Shown here: positions 46,879 to 56,505 of the stretch, piece by piece
Numbering within the stretch: position 1 is the first letter of the stretch
How the letters are laid out: each line of letters begins with the position of its first letter
Assembly: GCF_963921235.1 (NCBI RefSeq)
Contig: NC_086103.1
Location: 4,836,001 to 4,900,000 of the forward strand
DNA from: Mobula hypostoma
Taxonomy: Eukaryota
Length of the DNA stretch: 64,000 bases
Reading direction: 5' to 3'
Translations under genes and position numbers: made by a program
Notes under the pieces: model-generated
The model's database searches: none
Seen by the model: only the letters and a program-made list of their open reading frames with translations
Told to the model about the DNA's origin: nothing

Positions 46879-49800
46879 ATGGCCCGGCCGCTCACCCCCT
46901 CCCTTCGCGGCTTGCCGCTCCTGTTGCCCCTGCTCGTCGCCCTGTACCCGGTGCCCGGCTGCGTGGCGCAGGGCTCGGTGAAGTTCACCTTCCCGGAGGA
47001 GCAGCCGCCCAACACGCTGATCGGTAACCCGGGCGAGACACTGGGTCTGGAGCGAGAGAACCGGCTATTCAAGTTGGAAATGGGCCAGCCTTACCTCCGG
47101 GTGGACGAGACGGGAGGCAACCTCTACACCACCGAGACCCCCATCGACCGCGAGCAGATGATGTGCGAGAGCCCCACCGAGTGCCAGCTAGAGTTCGAGA
47201 TCTCGGTCACCGACACCTTGTACAACACTGCCACAGTGCTCGTGGAAGGCAAGATTTCGGTGCAGGACATTAACGACAACACTCCCACGTTCAGCTCTCC
47301 GGTCATCTCCATCTCCATTCCGGAACACACACCTCCGGGGACTCTGGTCAATATCCCCACGGCCAGCGACCGCGACTCCGGCACTAACGGAGTCGCCGGC
47401 TACGAACTGTTGGGCAACGAGGGACAGGGTCTGTTCAGCCTACAGGTGGCCGAGGAACATGGCGAGAAGTTGCCTCAGCTGATCGTCACCGGCTCGCTGG
47501 ACAGGGAGCAACGGGACACTTACGATCTGACTGTGCGGGTGGTAGACGGGGGTCAGCCACCCCGGAGCAGTACCTCGGTGTTGCGGGTTACCGTGCTGGA
47601 CATTAACGACAACGCACCCCGCTTCGAGAGGTACGCCTACCAAGGAACGGTAGAGGAGAACAGCCCCGCCGGTACCTCCATCCTGCAGGTGAGAGCTACC
47701 GATATGGACATGGGAGAGAACTCCCGCATCGAGTACACTTTCGCCCAGGCGGCGGATAATGCCCGCCGTCTACTCCGCCTGGACAAGAACACCGGCTGGA
47801 TCACGGTGCAGGGACCGGTGGACCGTGAGCAATTCAGCCAATTCCGGTTCTACGTGCACGCCCGCGACAAGGGCCCCATACCCAAACAGGACAGGGCGTC
47901 GGTGGTGATCACGGTGCGGGACACTAACGACAACGCGCCGGCGATCGAAATCCGAGGCATCGGGCTGGTCACTCACCGGGACGGCGTGGCCAGCATTGAC
48001 GAGGACGCGCCTGTCGACTCCCCCGTGGCTCTTGTCCAAGTTTCGGACCGCGACGAGGGGGAGAACGCGGCGGTGACTTGTATAGTGGCCGGGGACGTCC
48101 CTTTCCAGCTGAAGCCCGCCAGTGAGTCGAGCAGTGAAAAGAAGAAGAAGTTCTTTCTGCAGACCACCACCGCCCTGGACTACGAGAAGGTGCGCGAGTA
48201 CCTGATCCAGATCGTGGCAGTGGATTCGGGCAACCCACCTCTTTCCAGCACCAACACTCTAAAGGTGAAGGTGGTGGATGTGAACGACAACGCGCCCAGC
48301 TTCGCGCAGAGCCGCATGCAGGTGGGAATCTTGGAGAATAACCGGCCCCCCACCTCGCTGCTGCGTGTGGAGGCCACGGACGCCGATAGCGGAAGCAACG
48401 CCGAGCTACTCTACTCCCTATATCCCGACCCGGCCATCCAGAACTTGTTCCAGATTAACCCGGACACGGGCGAGGTGAGAGCCATCTCGGTGCTGGACCG
48501 CGAGCAGAGGGAGCGCTACGAGTTCAAAGTCGCTGCCGCCGACAAGGGGACCCCTAGTCTGAAGGGGACGGCCACAGTGGTGGTCAATGTGCTGGACGAG
48601 AACGACAACGATCCCCGGTTCATGCTTAACGCCTATAACTTCTCGGTGCGGGAGAATTTGCCCCCGTCCAGTCCAGTGGGCATGGTGACGGTGACGGACC
48701 TGGACAAGGAGTCGAATGCGCGGTTCACCCTGTTCGTAGAACCGGATAATGGCGAGTTTGAGATCCAGAACGGCACGGGTACCATACTCTCTCGGATCTC
48801 CTTCGACCGGGAGCGCCAGAGCACCTACACCTTCCAGCTGAAGGCAATAGACAGCGGAATGCCCCCCAGGTCCGCCTATGTCAGTGTTATCATTAATGTT
48901 TTGGATGAAAACGACAACACACCCTTCATCACCCAACCATCCAATTCCTCCTTCCAACACATCAGTCCTCTCACCTCCATTGGCACAACAGTAGAACGAG
49001 TCAAGGCCGAAGACATGGACATTGGCCCCAATGCCAACTTGACTTATGAGATCGTTGGAGGTAATCCCTTTGACCTGTTCCGCATCTCTGCTGTCGGGAA
49101 CGTGACCCTGGAGAAGGAACTCGTGCGCAGGCACTACGGGTTGCACCGGCTTGTGGTTCAGGTTAGGGATGGGGGCACGCCAGCCCGCTTCGCCACCGCT
49201 TTGGTTCACTTGTATGTCAACGACACCATGGCCAACGTTAGCCTGGTGGAAGCCCTGGTGGGCCACAGCCTCAACACTCCGCTGAACGTAGACATCGCCG
49301 GAGACCCCGAGTACGAGAAGAGCAAGCAACGGAGCAACGTCCTATTCGGAGTGATCGCTGGGATTATCGCAGTCACGCTGGTGATCGTGGTGGTGGTCCT
49401 GATCCGCTACTGTAGGCAGAAGGAAGCCAAGAGTGGATACCAGGCCGGCAAAAAGGAAACCAAGGATTTGTACACACCCAAACAGACCAATAAAAATACC
49501 AAGCACAAAGTTAAGAAAAGCAAGCCATCCAAACCCTCCAAACCTCTGGACGCCGAGGAGAGCGGCGCCCAGAGGGGATTACAATTCAACTTGATCAACG
49601 AATCGAGCACTGACAGTCCACGGATTCACCTGCCGCTGAACTGTAACCCGGGTAGCCCCGACCTAGGGAGACACTACAGGTCGAACTCTCCTCTCCCTTC
49701 CATCCAGCTGCACCCGCAGTCCCCGACTGCGGGGAAAAAGCACCAAGTCGTGCAAGACCTGCCCGCAGCCAACACCTTCGTCGGGACTGGGGACAGCAAC

Positions 49801-49917
49801 TCTACTGGCTCGGACCAGTACTCAGATTACAGCTACAAGACCAATCCGCCGAAGTACAACAAACAGGTAGGCAGCCTTGTGTGTGCCTCTGGCACCGAAT
49901 GTCCCTTCAAACATTAA
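46879..49917 (+). CDS. PCDH1: Protocadherin-1 large exon: signal peptide, 7 cadherin repeats, TM, proximal cytoplasmic domain. 1012-aa read-through isoform; the spliced isoform leaves at 49866
   Basis: PEEQPPNTLIG, IEIRGIGLVTH.DG, FLQTTT.LDYEKV, DIAGDPEYE.SKQR.N.LFG, EAKSGYQAGKKETKDLY, DSPRIHLPLN, GSPDLGRHYRSNSPLPSIQL match PCDH1 as I recall it; DxNDN/DRE motifs; donor CAG|GTAGGC. Confidence 0.95.
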   Translation: MARPLTPSLRGLPLLLPLLVALYPVPGCVAQGSVKFTFPEEQPPNTLIGNPGETLGLERENRLFKLEMGQPYLRVDETGGNLYTTETPIDREQMMCESPTECQLEFEISVTDTLYNTATVLVEGKISVQDINDNTPTFSSPVISISIPEHTPPGTLVNIPTASDRDSGTNGVAGYELLGNEGQGLFSLQVAEEHGEKLPQLIVTGSLDREQRDTYDLTVRVVDGGQPPRSSTSVLRVTVLDINDNAPRFERYAYQGTVEENSPAGTSILQVRATDMDMGENSRIEYTFAQAADNARRLLRLDKNTGWITVQGPVDREQFSQFRFYVHARDKGPIPKQDRASVVITVRDTNDNAPAIEIRGIGLVTHRDGVASIDEDAPVDSPVALVQVSDRDEGENAAVTCIVAGDVPFQLKPASESSSEKKKKFFLQTTTALDYEKVREYLIQIVAVDSGNPPLSSTNTLKVKVVDVNDNAPSFAQSRMQVGILENNRPPTSLLRVEATDADSGSNAELLYSLYPDPAIQNLFQINPDTGEVRAISVLDREQRERYEFKVAAADKGTPSLKGTATVVVNVLDENDNDPRFMLNAYNFSVRENLPPSSPVGMVTVTDLDKESNARFTLFVEPDNGEFEIQNGTGTILSRISFDRERQSTYTFQLKAIDSGMPPRSAYVSVIINVLDENDNTPFITQPSNSSFQHISPLTSIGTTVERVKAEDMDIGPNANLTYEIVGGNPFDLFRISAVGNVTLEKELVRRHYGLHRLVVQVRDGGTPARFATALVHLYVNDTMANVSLVEALVGHSLNTPLNVDIAGDPEYEKSKQRSNVLFGVIAGIIAVTLVIVVVVLIRYCRQKEAKSGYQAGKKETKDLYTPKQTNKNTKHKVKKSKPSKPSKPLDAEESGAQRGLQFNLINESSTDSPRIHLPLNCNPGSPDLGRHYRSNSPLPSIQLHPQSPTAGKKHQVVQDLPAANTFVGTGDSNSTGSDQYSDYSYKTNPPKYNKQVGSLVCASGTECPFKH

Positions 49918-51294
49918 CGAAACCTGGCGGGAGGGGGGCGAGTTTGACTAATGTTTAAACAATGCAAGTCTCTTACCGTGTCATTAATGTGGATAACTTA
50001 AAATCTGCGTGCGATTTGTTTTTTTTAAATTATTATTTCAAGCCTTTTCATAATTGCACTGTAATGCAATGTTAAAAGCTGAAACGGTGCAGTGCGTTCT
50101 CAGAAAGCAGGCGCGTACGCCAGGATAGAACACCTCTCTCAATATTCCTCCGGAAAACCGGTACAGCCCTAGGTGGTTCGTGCGTGCACACGTCCGGCCT
50201 ATAACATTACAGATTGTTAAGAGCCGGCAGATTTAAATTCCGGCTCACGCCCCTGCTTTCGAGCGCGTCACGCATTCTTATTGAAACCTACGGTATTCAG
50301 TCTGGGATTGCTTTGCCTCGTTAGTGAGATGACTTATCCCCAGTAATAACCATTATGATTCGAATTGGTCTGATGTCAGCATCTTTTCTAGAACTCGTGG
50401 TTTAGAAATGAACTTAAGCTATTCAGTTATTTTGTATTTATTATTTATTTCTGTCTGTGGCGTCCGCTCATTCGCAGATCTGTGCGCCAGTTCTCTGTAT
50501 TTTTTTCAATTGAGTGTCTTTGCAGAACCGCTTTCCCCTTTAAAGGAGCCTTGTTTGGGAAAAACGTTGAAATGCTTGTTTACTTTTTTTTAATGGGGCG
50601 ATATTTTTCTCGCCCTCCACTTGTGGATTCGTAGCTGCAAACAGACAGTGGTATCAACACTTCTTTAAAAATAGTATTTAGCTGATTAGTGCATTCGTTT
50701 CCATGGGTAAGAATTTGGTAGCACTTCAAATTCAATAGAAAGAACTGGCTTATTTGAAATTATGTCTTATTTCTTTGCAAAGGATAGCATTTCTTGACTG
50801 CCTTGTTTTACTTTGAAATTTCCTTCTGGTGGTGTTACAGTTCAGTTTAGCATTCAGGGTGCTTTGTTATTTATCACATAACATAGACACTCAGCCACAG
50901 TACTAAATTATAATTTCATTAGTATGTAACCCTTTCCGCAATAAATGTATAATGTAGTATCTGAATTTGGAACCTTGCCTATGCCGATCAGATTGGCTAG
51001 TTGCTTGTGTTGTTTGCTACATATTAAGTGCGTGTAATGTCAGTACTGATCCATTAGCTAGGGTTTATTGTATATGCTGGACAATTGCCAAGTGTTATAT
51101 CTGTGGAGAAATCTCTGTCATGCTCACTTTCTCTCTCTCTCTCTCACTTACACATTAACTTTCACTCTCACATAAAAACACACCAACAATCTCGAAGAAG
51201 GGTCTCGCTGGAAAGGTTGACTGTTTACTCTATTCACAGATGCTGCCTGATATGCTGAGTTCCTCCAGCATTTTGTGGGTTGCAAACAGTCTTC

Positions 51295-51487
51295 NNNNNN
51301 NNNNNNNNNNNNNNNNNNNNNNNNNNNNNNNNNNNNNNNNNNNNNNNNNNNNNNNNNNNNNNNNNNNNNNNNNNNNNNNNNNNNNNNNNNNNNNNNNNNN
51401 NNNNNNNNNNNNNNNNNNNNNNNNNNNNNNNNNNNNNNNNNNNNNNNNNNNNNNNNNNNNNNNNNNNNNNNNNNNNNNNNNNNNNNN
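51295..51487. other. Assembly gap (193 N) next to a PLE terminus (~51190-51285)
   Basis: N run. Confidence 1.
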
Positions 51488-53316
51488 CATTGATATGACG
51501 CTAAATCACATTAGAAATTGTGTGTTGAACTGGGAGCAAAATTGTGTCTATAGGAAATAAAAATGAAAAAAAAACTGGGAATAATGTGTAGGTCCAGTAG
51601 TATCTGTACAGAGAAATTGAGTTAATATTTCAAATTGATGTCTGCTGACTAGAACTAAGTCAGAGAGGAAACTAGTTCTAATTCGAAGGATGGGAGAGTG
51701 ATGGAGAAGTCAAATAGAATATCATTAGTAAGGCATATTATCATAAATATGTCAGTTGTCAAATATGTCAGTTGTCCCAGCCATCTCTCGCACATTCCCT
51801 CTGCAATTTAAAACTATCTTGTTTTCCTTCTTTCACAGTCCCGATGAGATGTCCTAGACCTGAAAGATTTACTCAATTTCTCATTACAAAGATGCTGTCT
51901 TGATGCATTTCCTTTTCTTTATGTTTTACTTAAGATTTCTACCATGTCTTTGTGTTAATTTATATTTCCTGTTTTAACATTAACACCTTTCTTGATTCCA
52001 AGATCTTCCCAAAGTACATTACAGTTAAGTATATTGCAGTTATTGAAGTATCTAAGAAATTTAGTCACCATGCAAATATGGCAGTTAATTTATATCCAAG
52101 GTCATGGAAACATTAGTGATGCCACAGTATGATGGGCTACAAATTGGCCAGGACAATAAGGAGAACTGGAGCTCCATTTGGGTGTCATGGGATCATTGAT
52201 TTAGTTAACAGAGTGTCTGAGAGTGCACCAAGTATCTCAGCATTGTGATGGAAAGATTAGCTTTAAGAGCAGAACTTGAAATCAACTACTTCAGAGTGTG
52301 GTTGTCTCTGACTGCATAGCATGTTAATAGGTGTTGATAGAGCCTTAGAGTTTCAGTAACCTGGATTTGAGTCTGACCCTGCTCACTTTGTCGAGTTTTT
52401 ACCTTCTACTTGCGGGCACATGGGTTACTCCTATGGGCGGTCCAGTTTCCTACATTATCCCAACGGTGTGCATTTTAATAGGTTGATTGGCCACTAATTC
52501 ACTCCTGATGCATTGAGTGATAGACTCCATGAAAGGCATGTGGAGAGAATAAAGTGGGATTGTGGGATTGGTGTAAAATCCCATTGATGGTCAGCATGAA
52601 TACAATGAAGGATCTGTTTCTTCTATACACTTAGGGTGGCATACACCTTAAAACCTATAGTGTACAAAATATGGCCAAGAAATTTCATGAGGTAAGGTCA
52701 GCTACATTTACAAGTCAAGTTAAGCTACGTTTATTATCATTCAACTATACACACATACACCGTCTAAACAGGACGTTTCTCCAAACCAGAGTTTAGATAC
52801 TGTAGTATGCACAACATGCATAACATATAATAACTTATGAAAGTAAGATGAAACCTACAGATGGATGATACATAAATAAGTAAACTGAAGTGCATAAATT
52901 AAATATGGTAAGGTACAAAACAGATTAGCCAGTGACACTCTGAATGTGATGCTGCAGGGAGTTCTGAAGCCTAAAAGCCTGAGGTAAGAAACTGTTTCCC
53001 ATCCTGACCATTCTTGTTCATTCCAGGCTACATTGGAGTCAAAGAGGATGCTGGATGCATGAGTGGGGTCTTTAGTAATGCTAAGGGTCTTGCAAACGCA
53101 GCACTCCTGTTAAATGTCCCCGATGGATGCCAGAGAGACCCTATGATCCTCTCAGCCGTTCACAATATATTGAGTTTTGTACTGTAATCAGAACATAAGA
53201 AGATGGATTTTGAAGATACCAGAAAAGAAAGGATTAGGAATAATTTCTAAAGCTAGAAAGTGTCTAGGCAAAAAGCACTGTTACTTTTTCTTGGGCAAAA
53301 GGGGAAGAAGCACAAG

Positions 53317-53391
53317 CAATGAGATCTGGGGAATGGGAAGGCGTGAGGACAATGAGAGCTGGGGAATGGGAAGGTGTGAGGACAATGAGAG
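53317..53391. repeat. 33-bp tandem repeat (~2.3 copies)
   Basis: CAATGAGA.CTGGGGAATGGGAAGG.GTGAGGA repeated. Confidence 0.9.
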
Positions 53392-53714
53392 AGAGGGAGA
53401 GAGTTGTGGAGAAATCTATTTGTTGGACAGTGTTTGAAGGCAAGACAGGGCTGGGGCAGGCTTGAGGTTTGAACCATATGAACCTAAATTGAGAATGGGA
53501 AACCGATGAACAAAAAATTAAATCTCACTGAGGATTGGCAAAGTATTGATGGTATTTTCTCAAGATTTAAGATTGTTTATTGTCATTCTTCAGTACACGA
53601 GTGTGAAGGAGAACAAAATGATTGTTACTCCAGACCCAGTGCAGAATAAAAAAAAACACAATCAACATAACGAAGTTGATAATAAAAAACAAATAAAAAT
53701 AAATTTAAAAGCAA

Positions 53715-53798
53715 CACAGAATTCAGGAGGTCAGACAGCATCTATGGAAGTGAATAAACAGCTGACCTTTCAGACTGAGACCCTTCTTCAGAATTATC
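53715..53798 (-). mobile_element. PLE mini-unit with hammerhead core (53759-53791)
   Basis: CUGAAGA-A-GGG-UCUCAG-UCU-GAAA-G-GUC; flanked by AAAT(T)TAAAAGCAA direct repeats (53701-53714 / 53799-53811). Confidence 0.7.
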
Positions 53799-56214
53799 AA
53801 ATTAAAAGCAATCTTATAAAACAAAATGTACAAGTAACTGTGTGTGGATGTACATAAGATTAACTTATAGACTGATCATATGCTCATAAAGTGACACTAG
53901 GTGCAAGAGTTTCTGTCCGTAGGGTGCTTCTATAGGAAATGGTAAATTGAGTCTTGGCAAGAGGAACTCCTCTAGGTAGCAGCAGGGCAGATGAAAGCAC
54001 AGTGATTTGTCAGTGTAGGTATGAATTGTGGAGTGTAAATGTAAAGTAAATGCCTGGGAGAGATGAAAAGTCTTGTGTGACTGATTGCTGCTGCTTGTGC
54101 ATGGGAGATGTGCAGGGGGCTTTGGGGTCCCTTTGTTTTTTCTGTCATTCATTCTTTGGGGTTTTTCTTCTGTTTTGTGGATGTCTGTGGAGAGTAAGAA
54201 TTTCAAGTTGTATACTGTATACATTCTTTGATATTAAATGGAACCATTTGAACCAATGATGTTGACATACTGGTAGTTAAATGCAGTGGAATGAAAAGGG
54301 TGCATTGTGGTGGAGGCAGATTTGACCACCCTCTGTGATGGGCAGGTGCCGGTGTGAAGATTAACTCCAGATCAAACGAGACATTGTGCTTCACATTGTC
54401 TTACATTGCTTGAGGTGGTGGGCAGTAAGTGTAAATGAGTCAGCAGTTCACTTAGATGTGTTTGCTTTTTTGTGCTGAGTTATCCAATCTCACTCACTCC
54501 CACAACCAGGTTGCTAAAATGAGCTTTACTAACGAGGAACATGGACAAGTTTTCTTTCCGTGATTGCCACCGTGATTAGCTAGGAAAGAGTATAAGGTTG
54601 AGAACAAGTTGCAATAACTCTTTTTTTGTGGATGTGTTTAATTTAGTTGTTGGGGCTCATTGTCCAGCTTTATGCATGAAAAGGTGTCGTTGGTAGGTAG
54701 TGAAAGGTCTTTGCCTCTCTGTTGGTGTAAGACCAGAAGACATACGAGCAGACTTAGCTCATTCAGCCCATTGAGTCTGCACCAACATTCTATCATGGTT
54801 GATTTATTATCCCTCTCAGTGTCATTCTTCTGCCTTCCCCTATAAGCTTTGAAGCTCTTAATAATCAAAAACCGATCAACCTCTGCTTGAAATATACCCA
54901 ATGGCTTGGCCTTCACAGCCGTCTGTGGCAATGAATTCCATAGTAAACTGTTAACTGGGGCTTTTGCAAGAGGGCAAGATGTTATATCGGTAGGTCAATT
55001 TATTGTTGTCATGTGTATTGAAATATAGTGAAAAACTTGCCTTGCGCACTGTCCATACAGATCAATTCATTGCAACGTTGCAAGGTAAAACAGCAATCGA
55101 GTGTGAAGTGCAATAGTTGCAGAGCAAGTGCAATGCAGGTAGATAATGAAGTGCAAGGTCATATCAAGGTTGATTGTGAGGTCAAGAGCCCATCTAAGGA
55201 AGGGGTTCCCAACCTTTTTTATGCCATGGACTGCAACCATTAAGCAAGGTGACCGTGGAACATTCTAGGGAAACATTCAATAGTCTTAAAACAGTGGGAT
55301 AGAAGCTGTCTTTGAGCCTGATGGTAATTTTTTTCAGTCGAATGTATCTTCTGTCTGATGGCAGGGAAGGAGTGGTGGGGGAGAGAGGATTTCTAAGGTG
55401 GGTAGGGTCTTTGATTATGCTGGATCCTTTACGTGAGGTTGCAAAGCTCTACAAGTCCTTTGGGATAGTTAAGGCCTAATGTCTGTGTGTCCGTGTCTGA
55501 ATCCGAGCCTGCAGGAGTGTGGAGGCTGGCGAATAGGGACTGTCTTGGGGTTAGAGGACCGTGAGAGTGTGTGGCAGTGGGGGAAAGGGGCTTGTTTTGC
55601 TATTGTTGTTTGCTGTGTTTTGTTTGGTTGTGTTCTCTGTTGTTCTGCTGAGCATTATGGGTATGCTACGTTGACGCCAGAATGTGGGGTGACACTTGTG
55701 GGCTGCCTCCAGCACATCCTCAGCTGTGCTGGTTGTTAATGCAAATGACACCGTTCACTGTACGTTTCCATGGACACAAAATAATCTTGAATCTTGAAAA
55801 CTGTAGCCAGAGCCGCAAAACTGAGACTGCAGTTTTTCATTCCCAAGGTTTATAAACATCAAAACTTAATGTTGAATCATAAATGATTTTTGCCTATTTG
55901 TTTAATTTTAGAATTTCATTTGAAAGCACCATATTGGCATTGCTGTGGTCATGCAATTTGTGCAACTGTTACTGGTTACTTTCTTTATACACGTGCATGG
56001 ATATTGCTCTGCACACTGTTTCCACCACATTACAAATCAACCCAATGACTTGACTGTCAGGACAAACCATCAATCTTGGTTCATTAATAGCTCCAAAAAG
56101 GAACTGAATCGATATCTATTTAGAAAGAGGCTTACAGGCATCAAAAGGGCCCGGAATCTATCTGATTTGCATTGCTCGGGAAGTGAGCATTAAGTTCAGG
56201 GACCGACACAGTAG

Positions 56215-56505
56215 ACACAGCAGTGGTTAGTTGGCAATGGCAGTGCCGGCGATCACCCACTCAGCTTCAACGCCCGTCATTCCTGTGAGAAGTTTGCGTG
56301 TTCTCATTGATCACGGGGTTCCTCTGGGTGATCCACGTGCCAAAGATGTACAGTTAGGTTTTGTGAATTGTAGACATGCTATGCTGGAGCTGGAAGCATG
56401 GCAGTGCTTGCTGGCTGCCTAGTACAATCCGCATTGCTTTGGTTTGACACAAATGACACATTTCGACATTTCTGTGCACATGTGACAAATATAGCTAATA
56501 TTTCT
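56215..56505 (+). mobile_element. V-SINE-like copy in the PCDH1 intron
   Basis: Homologous to 390-714. Confidence 0.7.

Larger units (their letters stand above)
43840..50640. promoter_or_regulatory. CpG island / promoter region of PCDH1 (TATAAA at 44725-44730; CT, GT, CA and GA repeats)
   Basis: Abrupt rise in CpG frequency and near absence of transposons relative to both flanks; TSS not determinable from sequence. Confidence 0.7.

Noticed and set aside
48418-49329. 303-aa antisense ORF and other short antisense ORFs over PCDH1
   Set aside because: Shadow frames caused by GC-rich third positions; no recognisable motifs
46879-49917. Assignment to PCDH7/PCDH9/PCDH11 or clustered protocadherins
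   Set aside because: Seven EC repeats exclude the clustered genes; KKETKDLY, DSPRIHLPLN and YRSNSPLPSIQL fit PCDH1 best
51230-51560. ORFs containing X runs
   Set aside because: Artefacts of the N gap
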